This document shows, one piece after another, positions 29,964 to 41,031 of a DNA stretch of 64,000 nt. A model generated the notes under the pieces. The model was not told where the DNA came from and searched no databases. It saw nothing but the letters and a program-made list of their open reading frames with translations. Both the position numbers and the translations under genes were made by a program. Origin of the DNA: Solirubrobacteraceae bacterium (lineage in GTDB: Bacteria > Actinomycetota > Thermoleophilia > Solirubrobacterales > Solirubrobacteraceae); the NCBI GenBank assembly GCA_036490875.1, contig DASXDA010000001.1, positions 3,402 through 67,401 on the forward strand, written 5' to 3'. Every line of letters starts with the position of its first letter. The stretch's first letter is position 1.

Positions 29964-31460
29964 TCAGCTCGCGCAGGCCGTTCCGGCAGCGGTCATCCCG
30001 CTCGGCAGGCACGGCAGCACCGTCGGCGGCTGCCAGCTCCGCCCGCTGATGATCCCGGGGATGTCGATCGGCCGGTACAGCCTCATGATCAGCCTGAACG
30101 CCTTCCCGGCCGGCGACGGCAGCCACGCCTCGCGCTGAGTCGCATTCCGCGGCGCCGTCGGCTGGATGTAGATGTCGAGCGACCCGTCGCGGTTGTAGTG
30201 AAGCGGCGTGCGGTTGTTGATCAGGTACACGTGCGCGGAGTTCGGCACGAAGAAGCCGTTCGAGTCGTACAGCGTCAGCGACCAGAACGCCCTCGCCGGA
30301 AACGGCAGGTCGTGCGCCGCGAAGTGGGCGACGTAGCGACTCGACCCGGTCAGCGGACGGAGCGTCGAGTCGGTGACCGTGAACGGGTAGATCGCGAGCG
30401 TCGACAGCGGCGCGCCGAGGCCGACCCGGTCGACCACGGCGCGGAGCGCGTAGTCGGTGCCGTAGTGGCCGGTGCGCCCCACGAGCCAGCCGTTGTGCTT
30501 GGGCGCGACCCGCAGGAAGTATGTCTGGAGCTCGGCGGTCACCTGCTTGTAGCCGGCAGCGACCGCGTCGCGCAGCCCCTGCCGGGTGGCGGCGCTGAGC
30601 CGGGCGTTGGTGCTCGGGCGCATGCCGGGCCGGATCCCGACGGTCGCGAGCTGCGCGAGCAGCGGGCGGTCGGCCGCCGGGGGCGGGAACTGCTTCAGCT
30701 GAGCGCCGAGTGCGTCGAAGTACTGGAGCCGTCTCTGGCCGGAAAGGGTCCCGGGAACCGTGTACGCCGCCGGCGTGCGGTCCGGGTGCCGGGGCGCTGG
30801 CGGCCGGTAGTTGGTCCCCCAGCGGTTGAGCGGAGTGAGCGAGTACTGGTTCTGGATCCGCTGGACGTTCGCCGTGTCGGCGGCGTTCTTGATGTAGGTG
30901 CGGCCGATGATCCACACCCGGGAGTACGGGGAGCGGATCATCCGCACGCCGTTCGGCACCCGGCCGTGCCAGCCGGGTGGCACGACGGCGTAGTCGCCGG
31001 GCGGCAGCCCGACCGAGCCGATGTTGACGAAGTTCTCGGTGTACGGGTCGAGCAGCTCGAAGACGGTGAACCGGCCCTTGACGACGGGCATGTGGACGAC
31101 GATCGGCTGCGGCCGCAGGCTCAGCCATGCGATCGAGTAGAGCGTGTCGTGGTTGGGCGCCACCACCGTTCGATCGGAGGGGTCGGTGAACCGGCGGATG
31201 TTGCCGAAGCGATTGACGGGAGCGCCGCCGGCGCCGTTGGGCACGTTCACGCTGGTGGAGCTCCGGAACACGCGGTCGGTGTCGAGCAGCGGGTACCCGT
31301 AGACGTACGCCTTGACGCCGAGCGCGAGCGCGCGCTGGTATTGCGCCGCCTGCGCCGGATCGGCGGGGTTGTACCCGGGTGCGGCGCTCGCCTGCGGCAC
31401 CACCCGCGCGACCACGACCAGCGCCACCAGCGAAACCGCCCATGCGATCCGTCGCATCAT
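29964..31460 (-). CDS. Secreted DUF1254/DUF1214 domain protein
   Basis: AYVYGYPL, VVAPNHDTLYS, FWSLTLYD, WLPSP...RLYRP. Confidence 0.88.
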   Translation of the reverse strand: MMRRIAWAVSLVALVVVARVVPQASAAPGYNPADPAQAAQYQRALALGVKAYVYGYPLLDTDRVFRSSTSVNVPNGAGGAPVNRFGNIRRFTDPSDRTVVAPNHDTLYSIAWLSLRPQPIVVHMPVVKGRFTVFELLDPYTENFVNIGSVGLPPGDYAVVPPGWHGRVPNGVRMIRSPYSRVWIIGRTYIKNAADTANVQRIQNQYSLTPLNRWGTNYRPPAPRHPDRTPAAYTVPGTLSGQRRLQYFDALGAQLKQFPPPAADRPLLAQLATVGIRPGMRPSTNARLSAATRQGLRDAVAAGYKQVTAELQTYFLRVAPKHNGWLVGRTGHYGTDYALRAVVDRVGLGAPLSTLAIYPFTVTDSTLRPLTGSSRYVAHFAAHDLPFPARAFWSLTLYDSNGFFVPNSAHVYLINNRTPLHYNRDGSLDIYIQPTAPRNATQREAWLPSPAGKAFRLIMRLYRPIDIPGIISGRSWQPPTVLPCLPSGMTAAGTACAS

Positions 31461-31577
31461 CCCCTCAGTCTAGGGTTGAGGGATCGCGGGCCGGCCCGTG
31501 GTCCTACCCCGAAACCTTTCGTTCTAGATACCGTTACACGGGGAGTAGGGGAACATGACTGCCAGCGGCTGCCCCAC

Positions 31578-33098
31578 GTGACGACGCACGACACAGGTAC
31601 GGAGAGCAAGCCGGAGATGCTCTCCGCGGAACCCGTGCCCGTCGCCATGCCCGAACGCGATGTCAGACGCAAGCGTCCCCCCGCGCTGTCATTCCTGCTC
31701 AAGCTCGAGACCGCGCGCCGAGCGGCCCGGGTCGTGTCGCTGCTCGTGCTCGACTTCATCGGTGTCTCAGCCGCGCTGTTCACCGCACTGATCACCCGCG
31801 GCATCCTCAACGACAAGACCGATGCCCATCTGGCGTGGGCGCAGACCAAGCACTACGTCCCATTCGCGTTCCTGATCACGGTGTTGATGTTCGCCCGCGC
31901 CGACCTCTACGCCGACCGTCCGCGTCGGCCGGGGTTCTCCGCGATCGCCACCGCCCTCTTCTACACGACGGTGATCTCGCTGGTGTTCGCGCTCGCAAGC
32001 GGCGAGCATTTCTCGAGCTACTACATCTTCTTCAGCTCGCTGTTCTTTGCCGTGGTGTACATCTCGGCGCTGCGCGAGCTGCATCTGCGGCTGACCGGAT
32101 GGATGCTCGAGCAGGCGGGGTACACGCGCCGGGCGCTGCTGGTCGGCTCCGGCAAGCACATCGAGGCCGTCCACCACGCGCTCGCGGACCAGTCGCGGAT
32201 GCGGGTCGACATCGCCGGCTACATCTCGCTGACGCCGCGGCCGCCGAACGGGCTGCGGTCGCTCGGGACGCTCGAGCAGCTTCCCGAGGTGCTTGACCGC
32301 GAGCGGATCCAGGAGGTGATCATCGCCGACCCAGAGTTCCCGCAGGAGCGGGCGGTCGAGCTCGTCGATATGTGCAACCAGCGGGGGGTGACGGTGCAGG
32401 TCGCCCCGTCGACGATGGAGATCCTGATCGACCGTGCCGAGTTCGTGCCGGGGCAGACGGTGCCGCTGTTCAAGCTGCGGCCGCCGGTCGTCCAGGGGAT
32501 CGACTTCGCGCTGAAGCGGACGTTCGATCTGGTGCTCTCGACGGTCGGGCTGATCCTCCTGTCGCCGATCCTGCTCGCGATCGCGCTCGCGGTGAAACTG
32601 AGCTCGTCGGGACCGGTGATCTACCGGTCGGTGCGGCCCGGGATCGGGGGTCGCCCGTTCTACTGCTTCAAGTTCCGCACGATGCGCGAGCACGCCGATC
32701 AGATCCAGGCGGACCTCGAGCCGCTCAACGAGAAGTCGGGCGCGCTCTTCAAGATCCGCCACGACCCGCGGCTCACGAAGGTGGGCCGGTTCCTGCGCCG
32801 CTACTCGCTCGACGAGCTGCCCCAGCTCGTCAACGTGATCCGTGGCGAGATGTCGCTGGTTGGCCCGCGGCCGCTGCCGATGCGCGACTTCAACCGGCTC
32901 GAGGAGTGGCACAAGAAGCGGTATCTCGTGCTTCCGGGGATCACGGGCCTGTGGCAGGTATCGGGCCGCTCCGAGCTCGACTTCGACGACCTCGTGCGAC
33001 TCGACTTCCTGTACCTCGAGAGGTGGTCAATCATGCTCGACCTCTCGATCCTGCTGAAGACGATTCCCGCCGTGATCAGCCGCCGCGGCGCGTTCTGA
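31578..33098 (+). CDS. Exopolysaccharide priming polyprenyl glycosyl-1-phosphate transferase (WcaJ/CpsE-like)
   Basis: KRTFDL, KFRTM, DPRLTKVGRFLRRYSLDELPQL, SLVGPRP, PGITGLWQVSGRS; start at 31578 or 31617. Confidence 0.93.
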   Translation: MTTHDTGTESKPEMLSAEPVPVAMPERDVRRKRPPALSFLLKLETARRAARVVSLLVLDFIGVSAALFTALITRGILNDKTDAHLAWAQTKHYVPFAFLITVLMFARADLYADRPRRPGFSAIATALFYTTVISLVFALASGEHFSSYYIFFSSLFFAVVYISALRELHLRLTGWMLEQAGYTRRALLVGSGKHIEAVHHALADQSRMRVDIAGYISLTPRPPNGLRSLGTLEQLPEVLDRERIQEVIIADPEFPQERAVELVDMCNQRGVTVQVAPSTMEILIDRAEFVPGQTVPLFKLRPPVVQGIDFALKRTFDLVLSTVGLILLSPILLAIALAVKLSSSGPVIYRSVRPGIGGRPFYCFKFRTMREHADQIQADLEPLNEKSGALFKIRHDPRLTKVGRFLRRYSLDELPQLVNVIRGEMSLVGPRPLPMRDFNRLEEWHKKRYLVLPGITGLWQVSGRSELDFDDLVRLDFLYLERWSIMLDLSILLKTIPAVISRRGAF

Positions 33099-33264
33099 GG
33101 GACGCGCGAGGCGTGGGGGAAGACGAACCGGCGGCCGCGCCCCAGGAGGAACGCGACCGCCCATCCGCTTCGTTTCCTGCCCCCGTCCCGGCCCGTCCGT
33201 GCCGGCACCGGACGCAAGGTCCGTCCGCCGCAGCCCCTCAGGCCCGACAGCGGGTTTTAGCCTA

Positions 33265-33293
33265 CACTGCTATTTACAGTGCGTCAAGTTGAC
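33265..33293. promoter_or_regulatory. Two palindromes upstream of TetR gene, candidate operator
   Basis: CACTG-ctattta-CAGTG followed by GTCAA-g-TTGAC in an AT-rich patch ending about 25 bp before the ATG. Confidence 0.45.
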
Positions 33294-33317
33294 TGAGGGG
33301 AAATAATAGATAACGCC

Positions 33318-33995
33318 ATGTCAGCCGCCAACCCTCGTCCACACCGCAATTCAAATAGGAAGCGGGGCCCCGCGGGACGGGGCACCGCCGGAGCCACGAC
33401 CGTCGCGCGCTCGCCCAGGCGTCTGCCGCGCGGCGCACGGCGCGAGCAGCTGATCGACGTCGCGGCGCCGCTCGTGGCCGAGCAGGGGATCGCCGGGTTC
33501 TCGCTCGACGAGCTCGCGCGCCGAGCGGACGTCACCCGAAACCTCCTGTACCACTACTTCCCCCGCGGCCGCCCGGACATCCTGATCGCGGTCGGCGAGC
33601 GGGCCGGCCACGAGCTGACGGACGGATGGGTCACTGACGAGTCGATTCCGCTGCAGGAGCGGATGACGGCCAACTTCCAGCGGTTCTTCGCCCACGCCGA
33701 GGAACCCTCGGTCGCCTGGCTCATCCACCGGCTCGGCCGCGCCTCCAACGAGCCTGAGCTGCACGCCATCATCGACCGCTTCGAGGACGTGGTCATCGGG
33801 GCCGTGTCGCTCAACAATCTCGGCACCGACGATCCGCCGCCGATCGCGCGGCTCGGGATCAAGGGCTTCATCGCGTTCAGCGAGACGGTTCTCGACGCGG
33901 CGCGCGCCAACGGGATGCCGCGGGAGCAGGTGATCGGGCTCGTCGCCCAGACGCTCGCGGCGACGATGCAGGCGATCCGCGCCACGATGCAGTAG
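33318..33995 (+). CDS. TetR/AcrR family transcriptional regulator
   Basis: RREQLIDVA...FSLDELARRADVTRNLLYHYF HTH. Confidence 0.9.
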   Translation: MSAANPRPHRNSNRKRGPAGRGTAGATTVARSPRRLPRGARREQLIDVAAPLVAEQGIAGFSLDELARRADVTRNLLYHYFPRGRPDILIAVGERAGHELTDGWVTDESIPLQERMTANFQRFFAHAEEPSVAWLIHRLGRASNEPELHAIIDRFEDVVIGAVSLNNLGTDDPPPIARLGIKGFIAFSETVLDAARANGMPREQVIGLVAQTLAATMQAIRATMQ

Positions 33996-34034
33996 ACCGC
34001 CGCATCCGGGGCCGACAGGTAGGCTTCCGCCGCG

Positions 34035-34630
34035 ATGCCGCCGACCGACCGGTTTGTGATCAGCTTCGCAGCCGAGCCCCCGCAGGAAGGGCTCCCCTAC
34101 GGCCGCTGGGGCGAGACGCTGAAGGCCCACTTCCTCGCCGCCGTGCGCGAGATGGACACCGAGGGTGAGCAGATCGGCGACATCGACACCGAGATCGCCT
34201 GGTATCCGGACCGGACGTACTGCGGCCGCACCTACATCCCGGCGATTGCTCGCACCAGCGCGGGCTTCGAGGTCTTCGGCTACGTCTCATTCTCCGAGGG
34301 GTCCGAGGGCCCGAGCGCCTTCGCGGCGCAGGCCGACTTCACCTCCGAGCTGGCCGAAGCCAACCCCGACTGGAAGCTCGACCTGAACGATGAGGTGATC
34401 GGCAGCTGGCGCGGCGAGCTCGGCAACGCCGCCGAGATGACGCTCGTGTGGGGGACGCCGATGATCCCCGGCGGCACGCTCGTGACGGGCGAGCTCGCGA
34501 ACCTCGCCGTCGACCAGTGCGAGCTCTCCGATCAGCGGTTCACGCTGATCGCGCCGGACAACTACCGCTCCGACTTCCTCGAGATCAAGCTCTGGGGCAA
34601 GAACGGCAACGAGTTGGCGCGCGAGTCGCT

Positions 34631-34652
<22 letters not shown>
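34035..34652 (+). CDS. Hypothetical acidic protein
   Basis: 205 aa with high-GC3 codon usage; no family recognised. Confidence 0.7.
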
Positions 34653-35688
<1,036 letters not shown>

Positions 35689-35692
<4 letters not shown>

Positions 35693-36789
35693 TCGCTCAC
35701 CTCATTCGCACCCTGCGCGGCCGGGGCGGATGCTTGGGTACGGAGCGGGGACGCGAGGGTGCGAAGTGACGCTGGCGACTGACCCTCCTGGAGGCCCTTC
35801 CAGATTCGGGTCCGCACCTCTGGCTCCAACAGGCACGCGACCTGGTGGTCGCTTTCGCCAGCCACGGGTTCCAACCTGGGGTCGATCCTGCGCATCTCGT
35901 CGCGGGCGTAGGGGCATCTGGGGTTGAAGAAGCACCCAGCGGGGCGGTGGATCAGACTCGGGGGGCGGCCGGCGATCGGGACGAGTTCCTCGTCGCGCTG
36001 GATGTCCAGCCGCGGGATCGAGGTCAGCAGGCCCCACGTGTAGGGGTGCTGGGGGGACTTGAAGATCTGGGCGGTCGAGCCGTGCTCGACGATTCGCCCG
36101 GCGTAGATCACCGCGATCTCGTCGGCGGTCTCGGCGACCACGCCTAGGTCATGGGTGATGATGATGATCGCCATCCCGAGCCGCTGCTGCAGGTCGTCGA
36201 GCAGCGCCAGGATCTGTGCCTGCACGGTCACGTCGAGCGCCGTCGTCGGCTCGTCGGCGATCAGCACCTTCGGCTCGTTCGCGAGCGCCATCGCGATCAT
36301 CGCCCGCTGCCGCATCCCGCCGGAGAACTCGTGCGGATACTGGTTCGCGCGCCGGTTGGCGTCGGGGATCCCGACCAGGTCGAGCAGCTCCACCGCGCGG
36401 CTGTGCGCCGCCTTTCCGGACACGCTGCGATGGGCCCTTATCGCCTCCACCAGCTGCCACCCGACCTTGTAGAACGGGTGCAGCGAGGACAGCGGGTCCT
36501 GGAAGATCATCGCGATCTGGTTGCCGCGGATGCTGCGCAGCTCGTCGTCGCTCATCGCGACGAGATCGTTGCCGTCGAACAGGATCTCCCCGGAGACCTT
36601 GGCGCCCTCAGTCCGCGTCAGCCCGAGCGTCGTCAGCGACGAGACGCTCTTGCCCGAGCCCGACTCGCCGACGATCCCGAGCGTTCGGCCGGTGTCGACC
36701 GAGTACGAGATCCCGTCGACGGCGTGGACGACGCCGTCCTCGGTCTCGAACGTGACCCGCAGGTCCTTGACGTCGAGCAGCGGACTCAC
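35689..36789 (-). CDS. Oligopeptide ABC transporter ATP-binding protein (OppD-like)
   Basis: [31 protein letters not shown]. Confidence 0.93.
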
Positions 36790-36805
36790 GGTAGAGGGGC
36801 GGAGC

Positions 36806-37768
36806 TCACGAGTAGCGAACCCGCGGGTCGAGGTACGCGTACGCGATATCGACGACGATGTTCGCCACGATGATGAACATAGCCGCCAGCAGGACGGTGC
36901 CCTGGACGACGGGGAAGTCCGAGTGGATGATCGCGTCGTAGTTGAGGCGGCCGATGCCCGGAATGTCGAACACGGTCTCGGTCAGCACCGCTCCGCCCAG
37001 CAGTGCTCCGATGTCGAGGGCCAGCACCGTGATAACCGGGGTGACAGCGGCGCGTACGCCGTGCTTCCACACCACCCGCCGCTCCGGCAGGCCCTTGGCG
37101 CGCGCGGTGCGGATGTAGTCCTCGCTCATCGTCTCGATCAGGCTGCCGCGTAGGAGCCGGGAGTAGATCGCGGCCTGGGTCGCTGCGAGCACGAACCACG
37201 GAAGCAGCAGCGAGGTGAACCACTTCCCGGCGTCGGTGGTGATCCCGACATATGAGTTCGCACCCGGCAGGATCGGGAACTTGCCGATGTCCGAGGCGAA
37301 CAGGAACAGCACGATCAGGCCGAGCCAGTAGATCGGCATCGACACGAAGAACAACGCGCTCCCCATCGCCGTCCGGTCGACGAAAGTGCGCCGCCTGACC
37401 GCCGAGATGATCCCGATCGGGATCCCCAGCAGCAACCACAGGATCACGGCGCCGACGGTCAGCGACAGCGTCGCCGGCAGCCGGTCGCCGATCAGGCTGA
37501 TCACCGACTGGCCCGAGTAGAAGCTGTAGCCGAAGTTGAAGTGGAGAAAGATGTTCGTGATGTAGACCCAGAACTGCTCGAGCACGGACTTGTCGAGCCC
37601 CAGCTCGTGCCGGATGTGGGCGATGATCGCCGGGCTGGCGTTCCGTCCGGCACGGAGCTGAGCGGGGTCCGCCGAGGGCAGGACGTTGAACAGAATGAAC
37701 GTCAGCAGGCAGACCAGGAACAGAAGGACGATCCCCCACAGGACTCGTCTCAGGATGTAGGTGGTCAC
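36806..37768 (-). CDS. Oligopeptide ABC transporter permease (OppB-like)
   Basis: YILRR, EDYIRTARAKGL, LDPRVRY. Confidence 0.93.
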   Translation of the reverse strand: MTTYILRRVLWGIVLLFLVCLLTFILFNVLPSADPAQLRAGRNASPAIIAHIRHELGLDKSVLEQFWVYITNIFLHFNFGYSFYSGQSVISLIGDRLPATLSLTVGAVILWLLLGIPIGIISAVRRRTFVDRTAMGSALFFVSMPIYWLGLIVLFLFASDIGKFPILPGANSYVGITTDAGKWFTSLLLPWFVLAATQAAIYSRLLRGSLIETMSEDYIRTARAKGLPERRVVWKHGVRAAVTPVITVLALDIGALLGGAVLTETVFDIPGIGRLNYDAIIHSDFPVVQGTVLLAAMFIIVANIVVDIAYAYLDPRVRYS

Positions 37769-37794
37769 GGGCTGATCGGTTGGTCGGTCCGACG

Positions 37795-37826
37795 GCGTGG
37801 GCCCCGCCGGATGGCGGGGCCCACGC
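37795..37826 (-). terminator. Intra-operon GC-rich hairpin after the SBP gene (mRNA stabiliser or partial terminator)
   Basis: GCGTGGGCCCCGCC-ggat-GGCGGGGCCCACGC, perfect 14-bp stem. Confidence 0.6.
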
Positions 37827-37842
37827 TGACGTCAGGGACTTG

Positions 37843-39684
37843 CTACTTCAGCGAGCTGAACATGAAGTCCCACTGGCCGATGTCCCACAGCTGATTGACG
37901 CCGGCCACGTCCTTGCTCTCGATGTTCGGCTGGTTGTCGAACTCCTCCGGAGCGGCGACAGCCTGGTCGACGAGCATCTTGTCGACGTTCGCCCAGGCCT
38001 GCGCCCGCTGGTTCGGATCGTTCACCAGCGCGGCCTGCTGCATCGCCGCGTTGATCTGCGGATCGTTGACCTGGCCCCAGTTCGAGTTGTTCGTGGGGAC
38101 GATCGACGGCCCGTAGAACGGCACGTACAGGAGCGTCAGCGGGTCCGCGAAGTCACGGACCCAGCCGACCGTCGGACACGCGTCGATCTCCTGCTTCGGG
38201 ACGCCGCAGTACTTCGCGTACATCACCGACTGGTCAACTTCGGACACGTGTGTCTTGAAACCGAGACCGGTCAGCGCGTTGTTGACGATCTGGATGATCG
38301 CCGGGTCGTTGCCGTTGTTGGCACCGACGATCTGGACCGTCGCGTTGCCGCTGTACTTGCCGCTCGAGTAGCCGGCGGCCTTCATGTACTTGGTGGCGAC
38401 GGTCATGTCGCCGTTCGGGTTCTTGTTGTAGTCGACCTGCGGGCCGGGATAGCCGCCCGACTGCTGGAAGCCGTTGAGCCCCGGGTAGATGAAGTGAGTC
38501 ATCGGCTGTGCGACGAGCGGGCCACCGCGCGCCTTGACGATCGCGTTGCGATCGAGCGCCGCCCAGAACGCCTTGCGCGCGTTCGCGTTCTTGAACGGAC
38601 CGGCGCTGTTATTGACCGCAACGTAGTGGTCGCCGGCGCCGGTCGTGAACGTGATCTGCGACGGGTAGGTCTGGTAGGCGAGCTTGACGACCGACTGCGC
38701 CGGAGTGTCGAGCTGGACCGAGTGCGTTCCCTTCAGCACCTGCTGCCCGATCACGCTCGCATCGCCGCCGATGTTGATGTTGATGTTGTCCAGGTACGCC
38801 GGCGGGTGGTACAGCTGGCTGTACGTGCTCGCGTTCCAGTTCGGGTTGCGCACGAGCGTCGCGGACTTGCCCGTCTGGTAGCCGATTCCGGCGAACTTGC
38901 CGGTCGAGTCCGACTTCAGCATGTAGGGGCCCGTGGCCACCAGGTCCTGCGTCCCGTATGTCGTCGGGGCCTTCTTGTCCAGCGGCCCCGCGAACGACTC
39001 CGGCACCGGCATCGAGATCGGCATGCTCAGCGCCTGGATCAGGAACGAGGCACCGGGCTTCGTGAGGTGGAACACGATCGTCGTCGGGTTCGGCGTCTGA
39101 ATGCCCGGAATCGGCCCCCCGGCGTACTTCGCCGAGGTCGTGCCCACCAGCGGTGTCGGCGCGCTCGCGCCGAAGTAGGAGATGAAGTACGGGTTGGCGA
39201 CGTTGGGGTTGGCACCGCGTTCGATTGCGTACGCGACATCCGCCGAGGTCACCGCCCGGTTGACCGGCGCCGAGAACTTCACGTTCGGCTGGATGTGGAC
39301 CGTGACGGTCTTTCCGCCGTCGGTGATCCCGCCGTTGGCGGTGGTAGGCATCGCCGTCGCCAGATCCGGCACCAGCGTGTTGCTCGAGTTCGGCGGGTAG
39401 GTGAACAGCGGACGCTGCGTCGCATAGTCGATCGCGTAGTCCTGGACGAAGTACGACTCGCCCGGGTCAAGGTGCTCGAAGTCCTCGCTCGAGTACACGG
39501 TCAGCGCTCCGCCCTTGGTCTTGCCGTAAAGCGTCTGACCCACCGGGTTCTCGCCCGGCTTCAGCGGAATGTTCGCGGTCGTCGCAGAGCTAGTGCCGGA
39601 GCTCGAGCTCCCGCAGGCCGCAACCACCGCCGCCAGTAGCCCACCGATCACCGCGATGATCGCCGCGCGTGCGGTGTTCCTCAT
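37843..39684 (-). CDS. Peptide ABC transporter substrate-binding lipoprotein (SBP family 5)
   Basis: Lipobox VAAC, HLDPG, LVPDLA, ATGPY, LVRNPNW. Confidence 0.92.
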   Translation of the reverse strand: MRNTARAAIIAVIGGLLAAVVAACGSSSSGTSSATTANIPLKPGENPVGQTLYGKTKGGALTVYSSEDFEHLDPGESYFVQDYAIDYATQRPLFTYPPNSSNTLVPDLATAMPTTANGGITDGGKTVTVHIQPNVKFSAPVNRAVTSADVAYAIERGANPNVANPYFISYFGASAPTPLVGTTSAKYAGGPIPGIQTPNPTTIVFHLTKPGASFLIQALSMPISMPVPESFAGPLDKKAPTTYGTQDLVATGPYMLKSDSTGKFAGIGYQTGKSATLVRNPNWNASTYSQLYHPPAYLDNININIGGDASVIGQQVLKGTHSVQLDTPAQSVVKLAYQTYPSQITFTTGAGDHYVAVNNSAGPFKNANARKAFWAALDRNAIVKARGGPLVAQPMTHFIYPGLNGFQQSGGYPGPQVDYNKNPNGDMTVATKYMKAAGYSSGKYSGNATVQIVGANNGNDPAIIQIVNNALTGLGFKTHVSEVDQSVMYAKYCGVPKQEIDACPTVGWVRDFADPLTLLYVPFYGPSIVPTNNSNWGQVNDPQINAAMQQAALVNDPNQRAQAWANVDKMLVDQAVAAPEEFDNQPNIESKDVAGVNQLWDIGQWDFMFSSLK

Positions 39685-39756
39685 CTGACCCTCCTATCGA
39701 TTGGTCGGATTCGAAGCGGGCGGTACCGCCGCCCGGCCTCGAAATTGATGTGACGC

Positions 39757-40737
39757 TCACGATCGCGTCCCTCTCGGGTTCAGCGCGTCGAGCAGGCCAT
39801 CGCCGACGAGGTTGAACGCGAGCACCGTAAGCAGCAAAGCGGCCCCCGGGAAAACCATGTACCACCAGGCCGTGTTGAAGATCGGGGTGGCGTCGGCGAT
39901 CATCTGCCCCCAGCTCGCAGTGGGCGGCTGGATCCCGACGCCAAGGAACGACAGCGCCGCCTCGAGCAGGATGTTGGTCGGGATCAGAAGGCTCGAGTAG
40001 ACGATCAGCGGCGCGACCAGGTTCGGCAGGATCTCCTTGAAGACGATCCGGCGGTTCGAGGCGCCGAGCGCCCGCGACGCGTCGACGAACTCCTTCTCTC
40101 GCAACGACAGCACCTGGCCGCGCACGATCCGCGCGATGTAGGTGAAGCTGAGGATCGCGATGATGAAGATCACGGTCACGATCCCCGGCGTGATCACTCC
40201 TCCCAGACACCCCCGCACCGAGCACGCGGCGCCAATCCCGAGCCCGAGGACGAGCACAGGGAACGACAGGAACACGTCCACCACGCGCATCGCGACCGTG
40301 TCGGTCCAGCCACGGTAGAACCCGGCCAGTAGGCCGATCACGGTCCCGGCGAGCGTCGCGATCAGTGTCCCGACGATGCCGACCAAGAGCGACACGCGTG
40401 CCCCGTAGATCACCCGCGAGAGGATGTCCCGGCCGAGCGTGTCGACGCCAAACGGATGGGCGCCGCTCGGGCCGGTCGGGCTCCCGAACGCGTCGAGCGC
40501 ATTCGGGTCCTGCACGTTCGGACCGGGCAGCCCGAGGATCTTGACGACCAGCGGCGCGGCGATCGCGACGATGATCAGCACGATGATGAAGATCGCGGAG
40601 ATCATCGCCACGCGATCCGCGCGGAACCTCCGCCAGAACAGCTCCGTTGGGGAGCGAGCGGTGACATCGTCGCCGACGACCTCGATCGAATCGACGGTCG
40701 ACTCGGAGTCGACGAGCAGCTCAGAGCCGACGCTCAT
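39757..40737 (-). CDS. Oligopeptide ABC transporter permease (OppC-like)
   Basis: HPFGVDTLGRDILSRVIYGARVSL, EAALSFLG, GDGLLDALNP. Confidence 0.93.
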   Translation of the reverse strand: MSVGSELLVDSESTVDSIEVVGDDVTARSPTELFWRRFRADRVAMISAIFIIVLIIVAIAAPLVVKILGLPGPNVQDPNALDAFGSPTGPSGAHPFGVDTLGRDILSRVIYGARVSLLVGIVGTLIATLAGTVIGLLAGFYRGWTDTVAMRVVDVFLSFPVLVLGLGIGAACSVRGCLGGVITPGIVTVIFIIAILSFTYIARIVRGQVLSLREKEFVDASRALGASNRRIVFKEILPNLVAPLIVYSSLLIPTNILLEAALSFLGVGIQPPTASWGQMIADATPIFNTAWWYMVFPGAALLLTVLAFNLVGDGLLDALNPRGTRS

Positions 40738-40902
40738 GACAATTGGGGGTTGTCCCGTTGCAGCTGGATTCCTCCTCGGGGCCGCGGGAGATACCACACC
40801 GGGACGGGGCTGTCACTAAGCGTTAACCGGGCGCCAATGATCCGCAGGTGATAGCGAAACCGCGGCCGAGAGGCGCCGAGGCCCGGATACGCTCCGTCTC
40901 GC

Positions 40903-40974
40903 GCCCTCGTAGCTCAATGGATAGAGCACGCGCCTCCTAAGCGCGGGATGCAGGTTCGATTCCTGCCGGGGGTA
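40903..40974 (+). tRNA. tRNA-Arg (anticodon CCT), CCA end not encoded
   Basis: GCCCTCG acceptor pairing with CGGGGGT, TAGCTCAATGGATAGAGC D-arm, CGCGC-CTCCTAA-GCGCG anticodon arm, GCAGGTTCGATTCCTGC T-arm. Confidence 0.95.
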
Positions 40975-41031
40975 CTGCCACGATGTAGCGACGGGCGTCC
41001 CGCAAACCCGTGCTACCGTCCCGCCCTCTCC

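Noticed and set aside
30198-31577. 966-aa ORF suggesting a large N-terminal fusion to the sugar transferase
   Set aside because: The upstream part is the antisense shadow of the DUF1254 gene; the real start is at 31578 or 31617
33099-33260. GC-rich spacer after the sugar transferase as possible ncRNA
   Set aside because: Only short hairpins (e.g. CGGAC-gcaag-GTCCG); no convincing fold or family motif
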